A DNA stretch of 64,000 bases. Source: a virus. The notes under the pieces are model-generated. The model searched no databases and was not told the DNA's origin. It saw only the letters and a program-made list of their open reading frames with translations. Made by a program: the position numbers and the translations under genes. Shown in pieces: positions 55,820 to 64,000 of this stretch (its first letter is position 1; each line of letters opens with the position of its first letter). Where the stretch lies: the IMG/VR virus record IMGVR_UViG_3300004097_003605, positions 610 to 64,609 of that record; one strand, written 5' to 3'.

Positions 55820-57418
55820 ATGAAAAGCAAGCGAATTCTGGTCGCATGGATCGGGCACAATGACTTGCTCGGCCTTGCTGCCGACTTGCCGGCAGGGCAG
55901 CAGGCTGCCCTGCTGAAGCGGATCAGTCGCTCTCTTCCTGCCGGGAAACAGAACGGCCCCATTCGGACGCTGGTGCAACAAGAGCTTTTTGACGAAGTAC
56001 ACCTACTGAGCAACGGCCATCCTGCAGCCACGACGAAGGCATTCGTCAAATGGCTGGGAGTGGAGGCGGCTGTCCACGAAGTCACCGTTGAAAATCCGAC
56101 GGACTATTCAGCGATCTTTGCTGCGGCGGAGACGACGCTGGCTGAGATCACCCGCGGCAAAGGATCGAAAGAACTCTGCATCCACCTCAGCCCTGGCACG
56201 CCGGCCATGACGGCGATCTGGGTGCTGCTCGGCAAGAGTCGCTACCCGGCGACATTTTATCAGTCGTACGACGGCCGTGCTTGGGAGACGACGATCCCCT
56301 TCGATCTTGTCGTTGATTTCGTGCCGGAACTTCTGATGCGACCGGACCAGAGTCTCCAGCACCTTGCCGCGCAGAGCCCTCAAGAAGTTGAAGGATTTGA
56401 GTCCATCGTTGGAGGGAGCCAGGCCATCCGTCTTGCAGTTGGAAGGGCTCAAAAGGCTGCAATTCGTGACGTCCCTGTCTTGATTCTTGGAGAGACGGGT
56501 ACCGGCAAGGAGATGTTTGCGCGGGCGATTCATGCAGCGAGCCACCGTAATGATGGTCCATTCATCGCAATTAATTGCGCTGCGATGCCGAAAGACCTGC
56601 TGGAGTCGGAATTGTTCGGCCACGCCAAGGGAGCATTCACTGGTGCCGATAAGCCCAGGGCTGGTGCATTCGAAACGGCTGACGGCGGGACACTGTTTCT
56701 GGATGAGCTTGGTGAGTGCGGGCCAGAGATGCAGGCAAAACTGTTACGTGCGCTCCAGCCGCCGCCCGGCAAAGGGCCATGTCACCGCGTGTTTCAGCGG
56801 CTCGGGGAAACGCGTGAAAGAACGAGCAATGTGCGAGTCGTTGCTGCAACGAACCGCGACCTGCTGGCTGACATTCGCGCCAACCGGTTTCGTGAGGATC
56901 TTTACTACCGTCTCGCTGTGATTTCGCTGCGGCTGCCACCTCTTCGTGAGCGTCGATCCGACGTCCCCCTTTTGACGCAGAGTCTTCTCGATCAGATCAA
57001 TCGCGAGTTTGCGGAAACCGAACCGGGCTATCAGCCACGACAACTCTCAAAAACCGCGCTGTCCTACGTGAAGCGACACCCGTGGAACGGCAATGTCCGG
57101 CAATTGCACAGTGTCCTGGTCCAGGCTGCCGTGATGTGCGACGGCACTGAAATCAAACCACGCGACCTGGCCGCATCAGCATCCGAACAGGAAAGTTCGG
57201 AATTCTCGCAGCTGTTGAATGTCTCGCTTGGCGGAGACTTTTCGAGTGAGAAATACCTTGAGAACATCCAGCGCCAGTTGCTGATCCGGGCAATGGATGA
57301 CGCAGACGGAGTGCTGGTAAAAGCCGCTGCTCTGCTTGGGATCACAAACTATCAGACGCTCGACGCACAACTGACGCGACTGGGAATAGACAAGTCACAA
57401 TGGAAACAGCGTCGCTGA
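55820..57418 (+). CDS. Sigma54-dependent activator (bEBP) with N-terminal RtcR-like CARF domain and C-terminal HTH
   Basis: ILVAWIGHNDL..IHLSPGTPAM (CARF-like); GETGTGKE; ESELFGHAKGAFTGA; FLDELGE; FREDLYYRL; WNGNVRQL. Confidence 0.88.
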   Translation: MKSKRILVAWIGHNDLLGLAADLPAGQQAALLKRISRSLPAGKQNGPIRTLVQQELFDEVHLLSNGHPAATTKAFVKWLGVEAAVHEVTVENPTDYSAIFAAAETTLAEITRGKGSKELCIHLSPGTPAMTAIWVLLGKSRYPATFYQSYDGRAWETTIPFDLVVDFVPELLMRPDQSLQHLAAQSPQEVEGFESIVGGSQAIRLAVGRAQKAAIRDVPVLILGETGTGKEMFARAIHAASHRNDGPFIAINCAAMPKDLLESELFGHAKGAFTGADKPRAGAFETADGGTLFLDELGECGPEMQAKLLRALQPPPGKGPCHRVFQRLGETRERTSNVRVVAATNRDLLADIRANRFREDLYYRLAVISLRLPPLRERRSDVPLLTQSLLDQINREFAETEPGYQPRQLSKTALSYVKRHPWNGNVRQLHSVLVQAAVMCDGTEIKPRDLAASASEQESSEFSQLLNVSLGGDFSSEKYLENIQRQLLIRAMDDADGVLVKAAALLGITNYQTLDAQLTRLGIDKSQWKQRR

Positions 57419-57555
57419 TTCGTTCAGGACTGCGTATGCTTGTGCATTCGCCTGTAGCAGTGAAACAATGACCACACACTTATAGAGGCACGCAACGATC
57501 GAGCATGCAGCAAAATCGGCCTTGCAGGAACTGATTCACAAGTAGGGGTCGAGGT

Positions 57556-59289
57556 GTGGCATCGATTGGTGACAGGCTTGATGGCAAATATTTGGTAACA
57601 AAGCGGCTTGGCGCCGGTGGGTTTGGAGAAGTCTTTCTTGCAGATGACGCGGCCATTCCTGGGCGGCATGTCGCCATTAAGGTGCTTCACCGCGCGGACG
57701 ACGAAGATGACCAGAGCGATCTGGTCTGGGAGATGCAGCAACTCGCAAAGGTCAGCCATCCTCACGTCGTGAGCTTTCACCATCATTTTTTTGAGGATGG
57801 CCACCTTCACCTTGTGATGGAGTATTGCTCGAAAGGCAGTCTTGACGAGCATCTGGCAAAAGCAGGGTCGTTCCCGGAGCGGCAAGTCTTCGAGTGGGCG
57901 TTACAGCTGTGCGGTGCACTTTCCCATGTTCATGGCAGAGGAATCGTGCACCACGACATCAAGCCGCAGAACGTTCTGTTTGCGGCTGATGGAACCATCA
58001 AGCTTAGCGATTTCGGCGTGGCGAATACGCACGCGGGAACGTTGGCATTTCTACCACCGGAAGCCTTCCTTCACGAGCCGGTTTCTCAAATGGATCCGCG
58101 CATCGACGTCTACGCATTTGGCCTCACGCTGATCCAGATGCTTACCGGCGAGCACCCGTTCTTTGGAGTTTCGAGAGAAGACGCGGTCGAGGCTCGAATC
58201 AGACACGACTTCGTTCCCGCCAGTCTTTCTCAGTGGACGCAGGATGTTCTGCTCAAGGCAACGCACCCCACTCCCGAATTGCGATTTCAGTCGATCGCAG
58301 ATCTTGCGCAGGCCATTCGCGCACAGCACGTCCCGTTCATCATCGATTTGAAGCGGATCCAGGCAGATAAACTTGCAGGCAAGGCCGAAGCTCAAATGCG
58401 CAGAGGTCGCTGGCGAAAGGCGGAGGAGCATATCAGATACGCTCTCGACTATAGCCCAGACTGTGTCTCTGCCTTGATGGCCGCGGGACGCTGCAAGCTA
58501 CTGGTACGCCAGACTGACAGTGCTTTCGAATACTTCCGCAAGGCGATGCGAGTCAGTCCTCGCACGCCTGTGCAGAAAGAACTCGCTGAAATCAGCCTGC
58601 AGCGAGGCAGGATTCCCAGAGCCATCTCGCTGTTGACGGATCATCTCCAGCGAAACGCGTCAGACTTTGAAGCATACAACCTGTTGCTGAAGTGCTACTA
58701 CCTGACTGATCGGCTTGAGGCGGGCATCGAACTGGCCGAGTCGCTTAAGGATGAATCGCCCAGCGTCTGCTTATCAAACAACCTGTTTGTACTGCGTATT
58801 CTGGATGGTGCAGTGACCAGCGACGAACTGGATGAACTTGAACGGGCTGACCGCAGTAATCCGTTCTTCGCTTACAACCTGGAAGTGTTCTGCGGAGCAC
58901 TCCGGCTCAGCGATCAGTCGCAGCCGCCACTGAAGTCCAAGTTGCTCTTTCAGGAATACCGGTTCGGGCTCGATGAGCCGAGAGGCAAATCGAATATTGT
59001 GTCCGTCTATCTGCCAGACGGACACCGAGAAGATTTCTCTCAACCCATTATTACCATCGGCTGGCTGGATTCGAATGACGTGACACTCGATTCCAGGGGA
59101 GTCAGTCGCCGTCACTGCGTCGTCGTCAACCGCTCGGATGATGTCTGGCTCTATGACCTCGAAAGTACGGTCGGCACTCTCGTCGATGGAGAGCAAATCT
59201 CAGGAAGCCAGCATCTTCCGGGTGTGCATAACATCGAGCTGGGGGAAGTCAGCCTCCGCATCGCGGCAAGCCATGATCTGCTTGTCTAA
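57556..59289 (+). CDS. Hanks-type Ser/Thr kinase + TPR repeats + FHA-like domain
   Basis: GAGGFGEV, VAIK, HHDIKPQN, DFG, PPE; TPR-like middle; C-terminal VSRRHC..DLESTVGT. Confidence 0.88.
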   Translation: MASIGDRLDGKYLVTKRLGAGGFGEVFLADDAAIPGRHVAIKVLHRADDEDDQSDLVWEMQQLAKVSHPHVVSFHHHFFEDGHLHLVMEYCSKGSLDEHLAKAGSFPERQVFEWALQLCGALSHVHGRGIVHHDIKPQNVLFAADGTIKLSDFGVANTHAGTLAFLPPEAFLHEPVSQMDPRIDVYAFGLTLIQMLTGEHPFFGVSREDAVEARIRHDFVPASLSQWTQDVLLKATHPTPELRFQSIADLAQAIRAQHVPFIIDLKRIQADKLAGKAEAQMRRGRWRKAEEHIRYALDYSPDCVSALMAAGRCKLLVRQTDSAFEYFRKAMRVSPRTPVQKELAEISLQRGRIPRAISLLTDHLQRNASDFEAYNLLLKCYYLTDRLEAGIELAESLKDESPSVCLSNNLFVLRILDGAVTSDELDELERADRSNPFFAYNLEVFCGALRLSDQSQPPLKSKLLFQEYRFGLDEPRGKSNIVSVYLPDGHREDFSQPIITIGWLDSNDVTLDSRGVSRRHCVVVNRSDDVWLYDLESTVGTLVDGEQISGSQHLPGVHNIELGEVSLRIAASHDLLV

Positions 59290-59306
59290 CAGTGGTCGCG
59301 CAATGC

Positions 59307-62300
59307 TCAGTCTGATTCGAAGTCCTGAGTCGAGAATTTCAATGTGCGGCAATTCTCCATGACAGTCCGCACGACGTTATCGGGAACGCCCTCTGGAATC
59401 TCGATCTGGATTTCCATCGTCACGTTGGCACTGGCACCGGGAAGTCCAGTCAGATGACTGAGTACTTCCTCGGCCACACGCCCGGCATCACGACCCAGTC
59501 GACTGGCATCGAGGGGGATCGCACCGAAGAAGCGGCGAGGTTTCGTGTCGACTTCTTCCGCATCCTGAGACTCACCATCTTCGGTCGGTTCCGAACCTCC
59601 GGGCGTCGTACCGCCAGAGGGCTTTCCGGAGCCTCCGCCTGGCCACGGTGCGGTTTCATCGGTCCCGATCTGCGCTGAAGCGATGTCGGGCTTGACCAGA
59701 ACAGTACTTCCGTCGGCGATGATGTTGGCATTCGTTGAATAGCGCAGACCTCGGTAGCGGTTTCGATCAGGGTCGAAGGCATCAGCGACGGCGAAGGTGT
59801 CTTCGCTCCATGTCAGCGAACTCACGCCGTCGATCATCGACTGGATGATCGCCCGCTGGTTCTTGAATCGAGGCAGGTACAGATACTGGGCCATGTCCTC
59901 GCAGAGCTGTTTGACTCCAACGTGGTTGCCTCGCCACAGCGGGACGCGGTCAAGGTCCATGCGCAGACGCACGCCGGCGTACTCGGTAACGAACAACTCC
60001 TCGCTGACGAGTTTCTTTGAGGCTCGTACAGGAAGTCGATCGGCGCCGGTGGCTTTGAATGTCTGCCACTGGACGGGCTGAGTCGGCTCCGGTTGAGTCG
60101 GGACCAGTAGCCACTGATAGGTTTCCGGAATTCGTGCCTGCACGGTTCCGTCGGATTCCTCAAACTTGGTCTTGGCCTGATTCGTCTGGAATGGGTCGAG
60201 GTTGAGTGACGTGCGGTCGTTGTAAATCGACTTCCACGCCAGGTACTTGCGAACAGCGTCTTCGAGGTCTGTAAGCCTCGTCCGATCGGCGGCCGCAAAC
60301 ACCAGAGTATTGCGGTTGATACGAGGGCTGCTGCCGCGCTGTTCAAGAATGGCCTGAGCAGCCTGCAGGGCGAGACTGTCTTCGTTCTTGTTCACGTGGG
60401 GCGATTCCGGTTTCAGAATCACGAGGCGTCCTTCGGTTTCGTCTGGGACGTCGGCTCCGGAGTCCGGGCAGGCGTGAACCCTCTCGAAGTCGCCGGCGTG
60501 CTTCTGCTCGGCTGCCAGGCGATTGCGGATCTCTTCCAGCACATCGTCATCAGTCTGTTCCGCGGCCCGGTCCTGAGCGACTCGCGTGACGCTGGGCTGA
60601 GTCGAATACCAGTAGCGGCTGCCATCGACATACAGGTGTGTCGCCTGATCGGTGAGCCGCCGGAGGGCATCGCCAAAGACGGCCACGCCTTCTCCTGGTT
60701 GAACGCAGCCCAGCTTGATGCGGCGATCGTCGACGCCTTTGCGCGCCGTGTCCGCGATGGGGGCCGAGCCGACATAGATCGTACGTGCCACGCGGCGGCA
60801 AGCAGACAGACGGCCGAGGTTGGGGTTGTCGCGGTCGATGCGTCGTGACAGCGAATCGTTGCCATCCACGTCGGTTTCGATGACCGTGGTCCATGCGGGC
60901 GACAGGCCGGACTTGGTGGTGATCTCGCTGAGGATTGCGGAATCGTCCATCGGAATCATGGCCGGCATGATCATCAGAGATTTGTCATCGCCTTCCCACA
61001 GCGAGTAGATCACTGTGGCCATCAGACGCAGCACGCCACGAGTTCTCTGGAATTCTTCCAGCGAGGCCCAGTCGGTATAGAGTCGTTCGAACAGCTCTGG
61101 GTGAACCGGATAGGCCAGCTCGACTTTGCGGCGGTAGTCGCCGTCGCGGCAGCCGGACGGGAATTCGGCTTCCTGCTTCTTGTAGAGCTGCATGTAGGCA
61201 TCGATCACCGCGTCCCGCGAGGCGAGGTTGTCTGGTTCGATCGATTCAAACAATCGCCGTCGAACGATCTCGTAGCTCTCTTCCTGACTGGCGGGCCGCC
61301 AGCTCGATTTCACGCGGGTGAACGTGTTCTCCAGAATGTCGAGTGCCTTCTGGCCGCCCTCGCCACCGACCTCAATCCGCGACTGAGGCAGCGACGCCAC
61401 GACCAGCACGTTTGGAGACTTGGCGGCCTCTGTCAGCGACTGAGCGAAGGTGAGGTTGGAGTCGAAACTGCCGCCGGGCAGGTCAGGCGTCTCGTATGTC
61501 TGACGGATGTAGGCGACCCATTCGTCGATCAGGATCAGCGTTGGTCCGGCTTTGGCGAACAGCTCGCTGAGGATGTCTGAGCCCGGACTCGTGCCGTTTT
61601 TGTCCGAGTCCGCGACGATGGCGTACCCTTTCTTGCCGAGCAGTTGCCAGGCCATTTCACCCCACAGCGTATGAACGACAGTTCCGTCCGGTTTCTTGTG
61701 AGCCTGACCGGCCGAGAGCGCCGTGCCCACCAATACGGCACGTTTGGCTTTCGGCAGCTCGGTGGCTTCGGTTTCACTCAGCAGAACATCGATGCCCGGC
61801 AGATCGGCCGCGCTGGTTCCAGACACCAGGTGATACAGCGCCAGCATCGAGTGTGTTTTTCCGCCACCGAAGTTGGTCTGCAGTTCGATGACTGGGTCAC
61901 TGCCGTTTCCGGTCAGACGATTAATCGCCCCCAGCAGCAGTCCACGTAAGCCGTCGGTGATGAACGTGCGGCGAAAGAACTCTTTGGGATTGCCGTACTC
62001 GTCGGTGGCGTCGCCGCGGATGACTTGCGCGAGGTCGGCGGCGAACTCGGCCTGAGCGAACCGGCCGCTGGCGACATCGGGGTGAGGCGTCACGACGTCG
62101 CGCCAGGGACGCAGTCCGCCGGTGGGTGTCCCGGCAAGGGCTTCCTTCTGAGCCCGTCGCGTTTCCTGACGAGCCAGTTCGCGGGAGCGTGTGTGTTGAG
62201 TGTCCGCCTTCAGGCGATCCACCTGCGCGGCTTCGTCGCCGGCCGAGATGGATGACAGCAGGCGGTGGATCGTATCCAGAGCCCGCCAGGTGTCGTCCGT

Positions 62301-62621
62301 GCTGAAGGCTTCCTGGTGAGCCCATCGGTTTCGGATTTCGGACAGCTCGTGCAGCATGCCGCGTTCGGCTTTGCCCAGCTTGTTGCGGAACAGGTACTGC
62401 CATTCGCTGTTGATGACGTTGACGATCAGCGGTGCGTCCCAGGGGATCTGAGCCCGACTGGCCTTCTCGGCAGTGGATTTGTTGCTCCGCAGGACCTCGC
62501 GGATCTTCTCCTGCCACTCATCTTTGTGACGGGCTTTCATTTCCCGTTCGACGAAGGGCTGCATGCCTTCGACGAACAGGTCCAGCGCGGTGCCTACGCG
62601 GTCTTTGTTGCTCTTTGCCAT
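59307..62621 (-). CDS. Swt1-like HEPN + DUF499 AAA+ ATPase (restriction-like defence system)
   Basis: N-terminal RNRWAH (R-X4-H); QTNFGGGKTHS; LILIDEW; FQRTRGVLRL. Confidence 0.88.
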   Translation of the reverse strand: MAKSNKDRVGTALDLFVEGMQPFVEREMKARHKDEWQEKIREVLRSNKSTAEKASRAQIPWDAPLIVNVINSEWQYLFRNKLGKAERGMLHELSEIRNRWAHQEAFSTDDTWRALDTIHRLLSSISAGDEAAQVDRLKADTQHTRSRELARQETRRAQKEALAGTPTGGLRPWRDVVTPHPDVASGRFAQAEFAADLAQVIRGDATDEYGNPKEFFRRTFITDGLRGLLLGAINRLTGNGSDPVIELQTNFGGGKTHSMLALYHLVSGTSAADLPGIDVLLSETEATELPKAKRAVLVGTALSAGQAHKKPDGTVVHTLWGEMAWQLLGKKGYAIVADSDKNGTSPGSDILSELFAKAGPTLILIDEWVAYIRQTYETPDLPGGSFDSNLTFAQSLTEAAKSPNVLVVASLPQSRIEVGGEGGQKALDILENTFTRVKSSWRPASQEESYEIVRRRLFESIEPDNLASRDAVIDAYMQLYKKQEAEFPSGCRDGDYRRKVELAYPVHPELFERLYTDWASLEEFQRTRGVLRLMATVIYSLWEGDDKSLMIMPAMIPMDDSAILSEITTKSGLSPAWTTVIETDVDGNDSLSRRIDRDNPNLGRLSACRRVARTIYVGSAPIADTARKGVDDRRIKLGCVQPGEGVAVFGDALRRLTDQATHLYVDGSRYWYSTQPSVTRVAQDRAAEQTDDDVLEEIRNRLAAEQKHAGDFERVHACPDSGADVPDETEGRLVILKPESPHVNKNEDSLALQAAQAILEQRGSSPRINRNTLVFAAADRTRLTDLEDAVRKYLAWKSIYNDRTSLNLDPFQTNQAKTKFEESDGTVQARIPETYQWLLVPTQPEPTQPVQWQTFKATGADRLPVRASKKLVSEELFVTEYAGVRLRMDLDRVPLWRGNHVGVKQLCEDMAQYLYLPRFKNQRAIIQSMIDGVSSLTWSEDTFAVADAFDPDRNRYRGLRYSTNANIIADGSTVLVKPDIASAQIGTDETAPWPGGGSGKPSGGTTPGGSEPTEDGESQDAEEVDTKPRRFFGAIPLDASRLGRDAGRVAEEVLSHLTGLPGASANVTMEIQIEIPEGVPDNVVRTVMENCRTLKFSTQDFESD

Positions 62622-62643
62622 GACGGGTCAATCCCTGATATGT

Positions 62644-64000
62644 CTATTCGAAGAGTTCTGTTTGAGTCTCTGCCTTTGGTGCTTCGCGGGCGAGTCGGGT
62701 GATTTCCGGCCAGCTCACGACCAGGCCGTTGTAGCTGCGGGCCTGGTCGGCCAGTTTTTTCTTTTCGCAGGTCTGGTACAGGCGGTAGGCCAGTTCGCGG
62801 GCGATTTCGCCGTTGGCGCTGCCGACGCGGGCCAGTAAGGCTCCGGCACCGGATTCGCCGTCGCTTTCCAGTTTGCGGATCAGATGCTGCGCGACTTCCC
62901 ACATTGTCAGTCGCGAGTCCGTGGTCGGGTCCCAGCCGGCGTCCATTTCGTCGCGTTGTAGCAGGCTGACTTTGCCGGCTCCGGATTTGGCGATACCGGC
63001 TTCGACGACGCCGGAGACGCTGACGGCCATGGCCTTCGAAAGGGTTTCGGCATCGCCGAAGGGGCCTTCGGTCATGCCGTACTGCTCGAACCAGCGGAGG
63101 GCGAACCGCGTTTCGGCGTCAAAATCGGATTCCTGCTCGACGAGCGACTCGTCCAGGACCTGATTGATCAGCTGCAGCGCCTCGCGGACGGACATCGGTG
63201 AGCCGTCGGCGTTGACGACCTTGCTGTAGCGGCTGAACACGGCCATCCCCGGCCCGATCGAAGCCTGAGCCAGGTCCACCGGAGCCACGTTGCCCGATTG
63301 CAGGTGTTTGATCGCTTCGGGTAACTCTTTCCGCAAAGCGTTCGCAAAGTCTCGACGTGTTACCATCGAAGCGTCAGAAGGTCTCGAACGGCAAACCAAT
63401 ACGATCGACGAAGCCAAGGCGTTGCTGTCTAGATTTCTAGTTCGAGCTTCTCGCTCACTTCGCATCGGCCAAGTTCCAACAATTGAACACCCGCTTTCGA
63501 TCAATCCAGCAAGCATAGTTTCCCATCCAGTTGAGGAAGTTGCCCCATCGCCTGAGCTTTCTGATTGTTTGAATGCGTAGAAGATCGTGACTGGCGCTTC
63601 CGAGTTAGCACCGTTTCGCATTTGGTGAAATGCTCGCCGCAATCCATCCTCGAAAAACGTGTTGGCAGCATTGCGGTCGTCTTCATGTCGAAATGGATTT
63701 GCAATCATTTCGGTCGACTTAGGAGTGAGCATTGTTGAGAGCAAATTGCCGTATTCTTGCCCCAACATTCTTCTAAGCCAGACGTAAAAGAAGTCGCTTA
63801 GGTCGGCATAGCCAATGTTGTCGTAGTATGGAGGGTCGCAGGAGATGACAGGAGGCGTTGGTGACGTGTACTCAGACGTTGCATCCGCTTGTTGAGCGTT
63901 TCCAGACACCACATTCAAATCGCCAATTGCCTCAAGTCCCGCGATCGTATTGTCAAGCATGCTTTCAAGCGATCCACTTGGCCCATTTACGACATTTGCT
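62644..64000 (-). CDS. DUF1156-type adenine DNA methyltransferase (5' part outside the window)
   Basis: DPPYYDNIGYADLSDFFYVWL; TWPMRSE; LASSIVLVCR; frame stays open to base 64000. Confidence 0.88.
   Translation of the reverse strand, partial: ANVVNGPSGSLESMLDNTIAGLEAIGDLNVVSGNAQQADATSEYTSPTPPVISCDPPYYDNIGYADLSDFFYVWLRRMLGQEYGNLLSTMLTPKSTEMIANPFRHEDDRNAANTFFEDGLRRAFHQMRNGANSEAPVTIFYAFKQSESSGDGATSSTGWETMLAGLIESGCSIVGTWPMRSEREARTRNLDSNALASSIVLVCRSRPSDASMVTRRDFANALRKELPEAIKHLQSGNVAPVDLAQASIGPGMAVFSRYSKVVNADGSPMSVREALQLINQVLDESLVEQESDFDAETRFALRWFEQYGMTEGPFGDAETLSKAMAVSVSGVVEAGIAKSGAGKVSLLQRDEMDAGWDPTTDSRLTMWEVAQHLIRKLESDGESGAGALLARVGSANGEIARELAYRLYQTCEKKKLADQARSYNGLVVSWPEITRLAREAPKAETQTELFE

Larger units (their letters stand above)
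43255..64000. other. Anti-phage defence island
   Basis: Druantia-like pair, nuclease-like gene, CARF regulator, kinase and DUF499/DUF1156 genes clustered; 43-53 kb is visibly more AT-rich than the prophage. Confidence 0.8.

Noticed and set aside
1-64000. tRNA, rRNA, tmRNA or IS transposase
   Set aside because: None recognisable by eye; tRNAscan-SE, Infernal or ISEScan would be needed to exclude them formally.

Overview
This window looks like Planctomycete-type, GC-rich DNA; the host assignment is an inference from gene style. It has three blocks. (1) Bases 1-2995 hold an McrBC type IV restriction pair, with mcrC cut off by the window edge. (2) Bases ~3.1-42.9 kb hold an apparently intact temperate phage. 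It carries a large serine recombinase and DUF2924 gene, a LexA-like repressor with a phage sigma factor, a Sak4/DUF669/RusA/helicase/primase-polymerase replication module, a ParB-methyltransferase, terminase, lambda-type portal, a protease-capsid fusion, neck and tail genes, and a tape measure. I found no recognisable endolysin or tail fibre. Instead there is a papain-like amidase plus a secreted trypsin-thioredoxin protein, and a 6.8 kb soluble glycosyltransferase/methyltransferase cassette where fibre genes normally sit. Three exact copies of TCGTCA-N13-CCGGGTAGGTCTACAG precede the integration, replication and morphogenesis operons. (3) Bases 43.2-64 kb hold a defence island. It contains a Druantia-III-like pair whose helicase has a C-terminal PLD-like (MIT_C) domain, a coiled-coil PD-(D/E)xK protein behind a sigma54 -24/-12 promoter facing away from a CARF-domain sigma54 activator, a Ser/Thr kinase-TPR-FHA gene, and a HEPN-DUF499/DUF1156 restriction-like system cut off at the edge. 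I saw no rRNA, tRNA or CRISPR array. All family assignments come from motifs read by eye; no database searches were run.
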